NCBI GenBank assembly: GCA_965248445.1 | Contig: CBDFJG010000003.1 | Span: 1,344,001-1,408,000 of the forward strand | Direction: 5' to 3' | Source of the DNA: Planctomycetota bacterium | GTDB taxonomy: Bacteria > Planctomycetota > JAJSAM01 > JAJVHW01 | Length of the DNA: 64,000 bases | Shown: piece by piece, positions 10,569 to 19,138 of the stretch | How the letters are laid out: every line of letters starts with the position of its first letter | Numbering within the stretch: the first letter of the stretch is position 1 | Made by a program: the position numbers and the translations under genes | Notes under the pieces: model-generated | The model's database searches: none | What the model was told of the DNA's origin: nothing | Seen by the model: only the letters and a program-made list of their open reading frames with translations

Positions 10569-11621
10569 ATGACCGCCGTCCGATTCGGCTGCGCCGTGCT
10601 CTCGATCTGTCTTGTCGGCCTGACGTTGCCCGCGTGCGCCTCCCGGCGGACGGCGGCAGACGACGGCCCGGAAGCGAACAAGCCGCGACCTCCGGTCTCG
10701 CTGACCGGCCTGAAGAACCCGTCGTGCGTCACGTTCTCCCCGACCGGTGCGCTGACCGTGTGCGACTCGGGCCACGGGCGTGTGCTGGTGGTCGAGGGCG
10801 GCGCTGCGCGAGCGCACGTCGAGGGCTACTCGACGGAGTACTGGAAGATCGACAAGGAGACCGGTCAGAAGCGCTTCAAGCTGGGACCGCTCTCCGCCCT
10901 CTGGCTCGCGGACGGGCGTCTGCTCGTGACCGACGCGGGACTGCCGGACGGCAAGGAGGTCCTGCGGCTGCACGAGGGACCCGGCGGTCCCGAGGACGGT
11001 GTCGCGACCAACTCGGTCGGCCCCACCACCCAAGATCCCGCCGACAAGGGCGAGGGCAACCTCACGGGGATGGCGCTTTCCCCCGGCGGGCGCCACGTGT
11101 ACGTCTGCGGGCAGGGCGCGGACGCGGCGTCCTGGGTGCTCAAGGCTGACCTTCACACGATGGAACTCGTCCCGTGGGCCTCCGCGGACGAGCACGGCAT
11201 CGAGGTGAACTCCCCGATGCAGGCGCTCGTGCTGCCGAACGGCAACGTGCTTGTCCTCTACTCCGGCAAGGGCGGAGCCGCGGACGGCGTGATGGTCGAG
11301 TGGACCGCAAAGGGCGCCACGCCGCTGGTGCAGTGGACGCTTCCCGGCCTCGTCGATCCGATGGGCATGGCGCTCGTGCCCGGCCGCGAGAACCAGTTCG
11401 CGGTGGTCGACAACAACTGGTCTCTGACCGACGTCAAGCAGGGGAAGCTCGCTCGCGTCACACTGCCCGCCGGCGGCGGCGAGGCGCTGGTGACCGAGGT
11501 CTCGGCAGATCTGCGCGGCCCGGTCTCGTGCGCCTTCGGCCCGGACGGCCGTCTGTACATCGCGGAACTCGGCGAGGAGTTCGACAAGACGCTCGGCCGC
11601 GTCACCTCGGTGCGCTTCTAG
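10569..11621 (+). CDS. Beta-propeller (NHL/SMP-30-like) lipoprotein
   Basis: Lipobox LPAC; blades such as GPVSCAFGPDGRLYIAE. Confidence 0.7.
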   Translation: MTAVRFGCAVLSICLVGLTLPACASRRTAADDGPEANKPRPPVSLTGLKNPSCVTFSPTGALTVCDSGHGRVLVVEGGAARAHVEGYSTEYWKIDKETGQKRFKLGPLSALWLADGRLLVTDAGLPDGKEVLRLHEGPGGPEDGVATNSVGPTTQDPADKGEGNLTGMALSPGGRHVYVCGQGADAASWVLKADLHTMELVPWASADEHGIEVNSPMQALVLPNGNVLVLYSGKGGAADGVMVEWTAKGATPLVQWTLPGLVDPMGMALVPGRENQFAVVDNNWSLTDVKQGKLARVTLPAGGGEALVTEVSADLRGPVSCAFGPDGRLYIAELGEEFDKTLGRVTSVRF

Positions 11622-11661
11622 CTCGCTGTCCGGTCTCGTGGGCGGGCGCGGCGGCCCGCAA

Positions 11662-12486
11662 CTACGATGAGAACAGTGGCCAGTCGCCCGGGGGTGCCGC
11701 GCGCGCAGCGACCGCCCGTTCGATCAGGGTCGTGATCGCCCGCTCGCCTTCCTCGCCATAGTCGAGCGAGTGCTCGTTGACGAACGTCTCGATGTGCTTG
11801 GCGAGGGTGACGGGGTCCATCGACTGGGAGTGAGCGCGCACGAACTTGCGGGAGCGTTCCGGATCGCGGCGGGCGATCTCGAGGCTCTCGCGCACCCAGC
11901 CCTCGATGACGCGGGGTGACGGATCCACGAGGTCGCGCCGCACGAACACGCCGCCGAGCGGCACCGGCAGGCCGGTCTCCTGCTCCCATCGCTCTCCGAG
12001 GTCCTCGACGAGGTGGAACCCCAGACGCTCGTACTCAAAACGCAACTCATGAATCACAACACCAGCGTCCGCTTCGCCCCGGGCGAGAGCGCGGGGGACC
12101 TCGTCGTACCGAGCGTACGAGAATCGTGTGACTCCCGGGTGGAAGCTGCGGAAGAGCAGCGCGGCGGTGGTCAGATCGCCGGGAAGCATCACGCTCTTTC
12201 GATCGAGGTCCGAGAGGGCGAGCGGCTCCCGCGCAACCACGAGCGGTCCGTTCCCGCGGCCGAGCGCGCCGCCGGTGCGCAGCGCGCAGTACCGGTCACG
12301 CGCCCGCGCGAACGCCGCGAAGCTCGCCTTGGTGACCGGCAAGCGGCCGGCCATCATCGCGAGGTTCAGTTCCTCGACGTCTTCCATGACGGACTGGAAC
12401 GCGAAGCCACCGGTCTCGACCAGGCCGTGCAGGAGCGCATGGAAGATGAACGTGTCGTTCGGACACGGGGACAGTCCGAGTTTCAC
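11662..12486 (-). CDS. mqnD: 1,4-dihydroxy-6-naphthoate synthase
   Basis: LSPCPNDTFIF, GALGRGNGPL, IHELRF, DLGERW..ETGLPVPLGG. Confidence 0.93.
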   Translation of the reverse strand: MKLGLSPCPNDTFIFHALLHGLVETGGFAFQSVMEDVEELNLAMMAGRLPVTKASFAAFARARDRYCALRTGGALGRGNGPLVVAREPLALSDLDRKSVMLPGDLTTAALLFRSFHPGVTRFSYARYDEVPRALARGEADAGVVIHELRFEYERLGFHLVEDLGERWEQETGLPVPLGGVFVRRDLVDPSPRVIEGWVRESLEIARRDPERSRKFVRAHSQSMDPVTLAKHIETFVNEHSLDYGEEGERAITTLIERAVAARAAPPGDWPLFSS

Positions 12487-12488
12487 GG

Positions 12489-13112
12489 TCAGTTCTCGAC
12501 AGCCCGGAACACGACGCTCGCCGCGGCGGTGGCAGCGGCCTCGAGATCGAACGGCGCGCCGTCTCGCGGCCCGCAGGGGTTCGAGATGCCACGGACCTCG
12601 GCGAACGGAAGCGCATAGCGCGCTGCGACCGTCGCCACTGCCGCGCCCTCCATCGCCTCACAGAGCGCGCCCGTGGCAGCCCGCTCCTGCGCCGTGCGCG
12701 TGCTCCCGGTGCAGACGCTGACCGTGGCGATCCGGCCGGTCCGCATCTCGCCACCGACGCTGAGCACGGAACGCAGCACGGGATCGGTGGCGCGCCATGC
12801 TGTGCCCGGCACCGGCATCCCCGGGCGCGCGAACGGCGTGAAGCGCTCCCCGTCGTCGATCCCCTCGTCGATCGCGGCGACCTCCGTAGCGACGACGACA
12901 TCGCCGATCTCGAGACCGGCGCCCGGATACGCGCCGGCAACACCGCAGCAGATGACCGCGTGCAAGCCGCCGTCCGCGAGTCGGAGTGCGGTCGCCGTGG
13001 CGGCGGCGATCTTGCCGACCCCGCTCACGAGAACCTCGCGGCCGGGAGCCGCGCCGAGCGCCTCGGCCTCGGCCTCGGTCGCGACCACGAGCAGGACGGC
13101 GCCCTTGGGCAT
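12489..13112 (-). CDS. mqnB: Futalosine hydrolase
   Basis: PNP/MTAN fold (GVGK, GVAGAY, TVSVCTG, EAMEGAAVA, EVRGISNPCGPRD); adjacent to mqnD. Confidence 0.88.
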   Translation of the reverse strand: MPKGAVLLVVATEAEAEALGAAPGREVLVSGVGKIAAATATALRLADGGLHAVICCGVAGAYPGAGLEIGDVVVATEVAAIDEGIDDGERFTPFARPGMPVPGTAWRATDPVLRSVLSVGGEMRTGRIATVSVCTGSTRTAQERAATGALCEAMEGAAVATVAARYALPFAEVRGISNPCGPRDGAPFDLEAAATAAASVVFRAVEN

Positions 13113-13314
13113 GCCCGCATCGTAGATCTCCGCCCCGCACCCGCGCGGGATACTCAGACCGTGACCCTGACCGGAGCGAAGGAACCCGCCCACCCCCCAA
13201 CCGCCCACCCTGGGGGACGCGCGACGAGTCCCGCTGGTTACATCTCTGCTCAAGAAACTCGCTGCGCCGCTCCTTGTCCGCCACCGCGCGCCCCCCGAGA
13301 CTCCTCCTCCCCGC

Positions 13315-14019
13315 ATGTCCATCTCCACCTCCCCGGCCGTCGTCACCATCCGCGGACTGACGCGCGAGTACGGCAAGGGTGCCGCCGCGGTGCGTGCGCT
13401 CCGCGGGATCGACCTCGACGTGCGCGCCGGCGAGTTCGTCGCGCTGCTCGGCCGCTCGGGATCAGGCAAGTCGACGCTCTTGAACCTACTCGCGGGCCTC
13501 GACCGCCCCACCGCGGGCACCGTGACGGTCGACGGCGACGACCTGGCCGCGCTCTCCGCGGACGGCCTGGCGCGCTACCGGCGTGAGCGGGTGGGCATCG
13601 TGTTCCAGTCGTTCCACCTGCTGCCTGGGCGCAGCGCTCTCGAGAACGTCGCCACCCCGTTGCTGATCGCCGGAGTGCTGCATGCCGAGCGAGGGCAACG
13701 GGCACTCGCCGCGCTCGACGCCGTTGGCCTCGCCCCGCGCGCGTCGCACAGTCCGGCGGAACTGTCCGGCGGCGAGCAACAGCGCGTCGCGATCGCGCGC
13801 GCACTGGTCCGGGAGCCGTCGTTGCTTGTGTGCGACGAGCCGACGGGGAACCTCGACAGCGCCACCGCGGACGGCGTTGCGGAACTGCTCATCGAGCTGA
13901 ATCGCGACCGTGGCGTGACGATCTCCATGGTCACGCACGAGGAGGCACTCGCCCGCCGCGTCGGCGCGCGCATCGTGACGATGGCTGACGGCCGCATCGT
14001 CGCGGAGACCCCGGCGTGA
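13315..14019 (+). CDS. ABC transporter ATP-binding protein (LolD/MacB-like)
   Basis: GRSGSGKST, LSGGEQQRVAIARA, DEPTGNLD. Confidence 0.93.
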   Translation: MSISTSPAVVTIRGLTREYGKGAAAVRALRGIDLDVRAGEFVALLGRSGSGKSTLLNLLAGLDRPTAGTVTVDGDDLAALSADGLARYRRERVGIVFQSFHLLPGRSALENVATPLLIAGVLHAERGQRALAALDAVGLAPRASHSPAELSGGEQQRVAIARALVREPSLLVCDEPTGNLDSATADGVAELLIELNRDRGVTISMVTHEEALARRVGARIVTMADGRIVAETPA

Positions 14020-15443
14020 GAGTCGCGGACCTCCTCGGTGAATCGCTCGCCGCCCTGCGCGGCAGCCCGATGCGCACTGCGCTGACCGCGCTCGGCATCA
14101 CCGTCGGGACCCTGGCACTCGTCCTCATCATGTCGCTGTCGCGCGGCCTCGAGACGCTGATCGACGACCTCGTCGCGACCGAGTCGCAGTTGCGCCAGGT
14201 CGTCGTCATGCCCGGTTTCGGATCGTCGCGCGACAGAGACGAGATTCCGGAGGTCGTCGGAGAGATGTCCGAGGAGAAGCGCGCCCGCCTCCGCCGTTCG
14301 CTCACGAAGCGCGGCCGTCGCGGTCCGTCGTTCCAGCTGCGCACCGTGCTCATCGGCGACGAGACGCGCGACGAACTCGCTGCGCTGCCCGGCGTGACAG
14401 CGGCGCGTCCCTTCCTGCAGGACCGCTTCGAGGTCTCGCTCACCGCGAGCGAAGACAAGCCACGTGTGGCGCTGTCCCTCGGCATGCCCGCGGAGCACCC
14501 CTACTACCCGAATCGCATCCTCGCGGGGCGTTGGTTCAACGCCGACGACGAGCGCGCGGTCGTCATGCACGAGGTGCTCCTCTATCAGCTCGGCTACACG
14601 AGCGACGAGGCGCAGGCAGCACTCGTCGGGGAGACGCTGCGCCTCGTCGCTCGCAAGGGCGGCGGACGCAACGTGCTCGCGATGATGATGTCGGCCGGCA
14701 CATCGACGCGCAGCGCGGGGGGCGAGATTCTCTACACGGAGGAACTGCCGATCGTCGGCGTGCTGAAGGAGCGTTACGGCAACGAGCCGTCGTCGGTCGT
14801 CGAGGAGGGGTGGTCGATGCAGACCGACTTCTTCGTGCCTCTCGGCCTGGCCGAAGACCTTTGGCGCCGCAACGACAAGAACGAGGGCGTGCCGGCCCTG
14901 CTCCTCGAAGCCGAGACGATCGACCATGTCGAGGCTATCGAGGACGCGGGTCGCGAACGGGGCCTGCGCGTGCAGTCCGTCCGCGGCGTCGTGGAGCGCA
15001 TCAAGCAGTCGCTCGGCGGCGCCACTCTCATCGCGAGTCTCCTCGCAGGCATCGCCGTGTTCGTCGCGGCGCTCGGCATCGTCAACACGATGGTCATGAG
15101 CGTCATGGAACGCACCCGCGAGATCGGCCTGCTGAAGGCGCTCGGCGCGCGCAGCCAGGACGTCGTCGCACTGTTCCTCATGGAGGGCGGCATCCTCGGA
15201 CTCGGCGGCGGCCTGCTCGGCCTGGGACTGGCGCGCGCGCTGGGCGCACTCGGCAACGACATCGGCAGGACGCGCATCGAGGAGATGTTCCAAATGCCGT
15301 TCACCGGCGACCTGTTCAAGTTCCCGACGTGGCTGCTCGTGGGCGGCGTCGTGTTCGCGGTCGTCACCAGTCTGGTCGCCTCCGTCGTCCCGTCTCTGCG
15401 CGCCGCGCGCATCGACCCCGTACGCGCACTCCGCCACGAATGA
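14016..15443 (+). CDS. ABC transporter permease (MacB/FtsX family)
   Basis: RTALTALGITVG; GIVNTMVMSVMERTREIGLLKALGA; ends DPVRALRHE. Confidence 0.92.
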   Translation: MRVADLLGESLAALRGSPMRTALTALGITVGTLALVLIMSLSRGLETLIDDLVATESQLRQVVVMPGFGSSRDRDEIPEVVGEMSEEKRARLRRSLTKRGRRGPSFQLRTVLIGDETRDELAALPGVTAARPFLQDRFEVSLTASEDKPRVALSLGMPAEHPYYPNRILAGRWFNADDERAVVMHEVLLYQLGYTSDEAQAALVGETLRLVARKGGGRNVLAMMMSAGTSTRSAGGEILYTEELPIVGVLKERYGNEPSSVVEEGWSMQTDFFVPLGLAEDLWRRNDKNEGVPALLLEAETIDHVEAIEDAGRERGLRVQSVRGVVERIKQSLGGATLIASLLAGIAVFVAALGIVNTMVMSVMERTREIGLLKALGARSQDVVALFLMEGGILGLGGGLLGLGLARALGALGNDIGRTRIEEMFQMPFTGDLFKFPTWLLVGGVVFAVVTSLVASVVPSLRAARIDPVRALRHE

Positions 15444-16609
15444 CTGCCACCGTCCCCGCCTACCGCGTGGTCGTGATCGGCGGAGGCGTGGCGGGTCTGG
15501 CGACGGCCGAGCACCTGACGCGAACGGTGAGCGACCCGGCGCGAGTCGCACTCGTCGAGCAACACGGCCTGGGCCACGACCTCGGCGGTTCGCACGGACA
15601 CGCGCGCATCACGCGCAGCACGTACGTCGACGCGGACTACGTGCGGCTGATCACGCACGCACATGAGGAGGACTGGCCGAGGCTCGAGCACGACGCCGGT
15701 GAGCGCCTCTTGCACCCCGCGGCCGGCTGCTTCTTCGGTCCGCCCGGCTCTACGCTGGATGAGTACCGCAGCGCCGTGCGCACCGTGCCCGACGCGGTCG
15801 AGGAACTGTCGCCCGCCGACGGCCGAAAGCGGTTCCCGGCATTCTCGTTCCCGGACGCGGAGGTCGTGCTCGCGGACAGCACGGCGGCGCTGGTTGCGGC
15901 GGCCGACACGGTTGCGGCACTCGAGCGGCTCGTCCGCGAGAGAGGCACGACAATTCACGAGAACACGGCCGTCCGCGCCATCGACACGAGCGGTGACGAG
16001 ATCGTCGTCGCGACGACGCACGGAGAGATGCGCGCGGACAGCCTCGTCGTGGCCGCGGGCGGCTGGACCTTGGCCCTGCTGCCGGAACTCCGGCGCCCCA
16101 TCCGCGCCGTGCACCAATCCGTGGGTTACTTCACCCTCGACGCGCCGGCCGCGGCGCACCGCATGCCGCAGTTCCCGGTCTGGGCGTACCTGACGGACGA
16201 GATCCTCGGGTTCTACGGGACGCCGGAGTTCGGCCGTCCGGGCATCAAGGCCGCACGACATGTGGCGACCGGCGACGACGATCCCGATGCGGTGCCGGAT
16301 CCGTCACGCATGCTGTTGGAGTTGGCGCGGGCGCGCGACTTCCTCGACGAGCAACTCACGTATCGCGTGCGCGACCTCGTCCACCAGGAGACGTGCCTCT
16401 ACGCTTGCACGGCGGACGACGACTTCGTGCTCGACACGCTTCCGAACGATCCCCGGATCGTCGTGGCCTCCGGCCTCTCAGGCCACGGCTTCAAGTTCGC
16501 GCCGCTCATCGGACGCCTGTCGGGCGAGCTCGCGCTCGACGGAGTGACGTCCGTGCCCGCGTTCGAGCAGGCGCGTGACCGGTTCTCTATCGCTTCCGCG
16601 GCTCGATGA
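15440..16609 (+). CDS. solA: N-methyl-L-tryptophan oxidase / monomeric sarcosine oxidase family
   Basis: VVIGGGVAG FAD motif, GSHGHARITR, TCLY..TADDDFVLD, SGHGFKFAP; ATGA overlap. Confidence 0.85.
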   Translation: MTATVPAYRVVVIGGGVAGLATAEHLTRTVSDPARVALVEQHGLGHDLGGSHGHARITRSTYVDADYVRLITHAHEEDWPRLEHDAGERLLHPAAGCFFGPPGSTLDEYRSAVRTVPDAVEELSPADGRKRFPAFSFPDAEVVLADSTAALVAAADTVAALERLVRERGTTIHENTAVRAIDTSGDEIVVATTHGEMRADSLVVAAGGWTLALLPELRRPIRAVHQSVGYFTLDAPAAAHRMPQFPVWAYLTDEILGFYGTPEFGRPGIKAARHVATGDDDPDAVPDPSRMLLELARARDFLDEQLTYRVRDLVHQETCLYACTADDDFVLDTLPNDPRIVVASGLSGHGFKFAPLIGRLSGELALDGVTSVPAFEQARDRFSIASAAR

Positions 16610-18005
16610 GCACGATGTCGTCCTTGATCCGATAAGTGAGGTCCCCCGCCGCGTCGCAGAGCGCGCGCAGCGCGTTCTCCAGGGAGTCGTCGTCGACGTT
16701 GAGTGAGACCCCTCCCGGCGTCAGTTTCTCCCACGCGGCGGGAGTCACCACGATGTTGATCTTCTTCGTATTCCCGATGTAGTTGATCGCATCGGAGAGC
16801 GGAGTCTCCGAGAAGCGAAACGTGATCCGCTCGTCGCGGAGAAGAGCATCGAGCAGCAGCTGTTTCAACGCCACCGAGACGTCGGCGAGCGCCCCCTCCG
16901 TGACGTCGACCATGCGATAGAGGCTGCGGTGGCCCTTCGCCGAGAGCCGTATCGAGACTTCCCCGGGAGGAACGACGTCGATCACGCCGACGCCCTTGTC
17001 GTCGACAAATTTCGTCTCGATACGCCCCTTCATGGATCGCCCGTCGAACGAGATGTCGGCTCTGGAGTCGGGATCCGGCCACATGACCGTCATACGTGTC
17101 TTCGGCGGCAACTCCCCCGCCGTGCTCGAGGCGCGGACGCGGACTCCGCCGGCCGGCGGGCCCAGGTACATCTCTGTCTCGAGGGTCACGCCGTACTGGC
17201 CGTGCACGTGAAATCCCGTGGACCGCTGCGCGAACGGCGCCATCGCCGTCAGCATCTGATTCTTGGGACGAACCTCGAGCTCGAACGCGCCACTGTCGTC
17301 GGTAACCCCGACCTGCGCGTGACCGAGCATGAGCTTCGCCCCGCGAACCGAGACGCCGGACGCGTCGAGTACCCGTCCTCTCACGGTGATCGAGGTCGGT
17401 GCATCAGGGTCGGGGTTGATCGGAGGGATGACGATCGTGCGACGACCGTCCATCCACTCGATCCCCTTGGCGTGCAAGACCACTCGATCCGGTAGCACGA
17501 CGAAGCCGATGCCCGAGAGCTGTGTCATCAGTTCCAGGATGGTCTCCCCCGGCACGTTCATGACCTGCAGAGCCAGACCCCCGTGCGCGTGGAAACCCGC
17601 CACGCTCTCGGCGTCCAGGTGGATCGGAGCACCGGTCAGCCCGGACAGGTGCCCGAACGCCTCGCGCAGGGTGCCGCCGCCGTCGACCTTGATCTCGAGC
17701 ACGCGCTCCTTCAGCAGCGCGGGTACGTCGAGCGGGTGCTTTGCCGGGTCGGCGGCACCCGTCGACTCGGCGCCTGCCGGTTCCGGCCCTTCGGTCACCG
17801 CGGGTGGCGCGGGCTGTACGCGCGCCCGCTCCGGCAGCGCGGGCTGCGGCCGAGTGGGTCCATCGCCCGCTCCCGTGGCATCCGGCACCACGACCTCGTC
17901 AGGACGAACGTCCTCGCTATCGCCATCGCCATCGCGTGTCGTCCACCAGACGACCACCGCGACCAGAACCACGAGCGCCGCAACAACCGCACTCCTGGTG
18001 CGCAT
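16587..18005 (-). CDS. Membrane-anchored protein with carboxypeptidase regulatory-like domains flanked by two STN-like domains
   Basis: VRGRVLDASGVSVRGA..VTDDSGAF; ITFRFSETPLSDAINYI...VSLNVDDDSLENALRAL. Confidence 0.65.
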   Translation of the reverse strand: MRTRSAVVAALVVLVAVVVWWTTRDGDGDSEDVRPDEVVVPDATGAGDGPTRPQPALPERARVQPAPPAVTEGPEPAGAESTGAADPAKHPLDVPALLKERVLEIKVDGGGTLREAFGHLSGLTGAPIHLDAESVAGFHAHGGLALQVMNVPGETILELMTQLSGIGFVVLPDRVVLHAKGIEWMDGRRTIVIPPINPDPDAPTSITVRGRVLDASGVSVRGAKLMLGHAQVGVTDDSGAFELEVRPKNQMLTAMAPFAQRSTGFHVHGQYGVTLETEMYLGPPAGGVRVRASSTAGELPPKTRMTVMWPDPDSRADISFDGRSMKGRIETKFVDDKGVGVIDVVPPGEVSIRLSAKGHRSLYRMVDVTEGALADVSVALKQLLLDALLRDERITFRFSETPLSDAINYIGNTKKINIVVTPAAWEKLTPGGVSLNVDDDSLENALRALCDAAGDLTYRIKDDIVLIEPRKR

Positions 18006-18089
18006 GAGGCTCCCTCCCGACGCGGCGCCGCCCGGGCGCCGCCGGTCCATTCTACTCGAGTGGTAATCCGCGCGGCGCGGCGGGCAACT

Positions 18090-18296
18090 CTAGTCGAGCG
18101 GGGCTCTGCGCGGTGCCGCGGCGTCGCTCGAGGGGACCCAGCCCTCCGAGCACAGTTCGCCGTCGCAGCACTCCGCCTGGTTCTGGCGGAACAGCGGGCA
18201 GCCGGAGGTGAGGCACGCGGCGTGGCCGTGCACGTACTGCATCGGCGCGCGGCAAAGGCGGCAGCGCAGCACGTCGTCGGTCGGCGGCGAGGTCAC
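18090..18296 (-). CDS. Small Cys-rich protein (68 aa)
   Basis: CRLC-x6-HGHAAC-x4-C...ECCDGELC; GTGA overlap with upstream ORF. Confidence 0.6.
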   Translation of the reverse strand: MTSPPTDDVLRCRLCRAPMQYVHGHAACLTSGCPLFRQNQAECCDGELCSEGWVPSSDAAAPRRAPLD

Positions 18297-18499
18297 GCCC
18301 GCGATTGCTTGGGCAAGACGATCTCGACGGCGCGATTGCAGACGAAGCAACGCCAGTGCGAGCTCTTCGGCCAGCGCATGGGCAGCATCAGCCGCGTGCA
18401 GCTGCGGCAGGTCAGCTCCGACGGATACTCCGGGATCGGCGCGATGATGCGCACGGTCTCGGGCTCGGGCAGCTTGGCACGCAGCGGTTCCACGGACAC
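18293..18499 (-). CDS. Small zinc-ribbon protein (68 aa)
   Basis: CRSC...WRCFVC. Confidence 0.6.
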   Translation of the reverse strand: MSVEPLRAKLPEPETVRIIAPIPEYPSELTCRSCTRLMLPMRWPKSSHWRCFVCNRAVEIVLPKQSRA

Positions 18500-18553
18500 A
18501 GCTTACACCGCGATCCGCGGTTGTGCCGCGCGTGCGAGCGCGGGCCGCAGGGC

Positions 18554-19138
18554 TCAAGGCTCGAAGTCGGCCGCCGCGAACTCCAAGACGTCGGCCTGCG
18601 CGGTCTCGTCCGCGAACAGCGCGCGCAGCTTGCGCGCGGCCTGCACTCCGCTGAACAGCCCCACCAGCGCCCACGCGTGGAACGCCAGGTTCAGCCACTC
18701 TCCGATGAACAGAGTGAGAGCCGCGTCCATGCCGTACAGCACGAGGCCCACGACGAACGCCCACACGCCGCCCTTCCTGGCAAAGACGCCGAGGACGACG
18801 AACACCGTAACTGCGAACAGCGAGATTGCGCCCGTCGCGATGCGCCAGCCCGCAGCCGCCTCCTCGGCGATGTCCCCCTGCTCCACCATGTGCGCGACGC
18901 CCTGTGTCAGCATGTCGCTCAGCGTCAGCGAGAACAAGAATCGCCACTCGCCGCCAGTTATGGCGACGACGGCGTTGACGATCGAAACGCCGGCGATCCA
19001 GAAGAACCACGAGCCGCCTCCGCGCATCTGCTGGATGAGCTGGATGCGGTCGACGGCGGCCTTCGTGGCCCGCGCGACCGCCTTGTCCGGCGGAGCCGGA
19101 TCATCCGCGAACGGGTCGTACTTCGGCTCGTCGGTCAC
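18554..19138 (-). CDS. Hypothetical membrane protein
   Basis: GGSWFFWIAGVSIVN and several TM helices; GTGA overlap with oxidoreductase stop. Confidence 0.75.
   Translation of the reverse strand: MTDEPKYDPFADDPAPPDKAVARATKAAVDRIQLIQQMRGGGSWFFWIAGVSIVNAVVAITGGEWRFLFSLTLSDMLTQGVAHMVEQGDIAEEAAAGWRIATGAISLFAVTVFVVLGVFARKGGVWAFVVGLVLYGMDAALTLFIGEWLNLAFHAWALVGLFSGVQAARKLRALFADETAQADVLEFAAADFEP

Noticed and set aside
13263..13278. 16-bp inverted match to 55278-55293 (gacaaggagcggcgca)
   Set aside because: Match does not extend; plausible by chance in a 64-kb high-GC window
14531..15439. N-terminal extension of solA-like ORF
   Set aside because: Lies inside the permease gene; FAD motif begins right after the ATGA overlap at 15440
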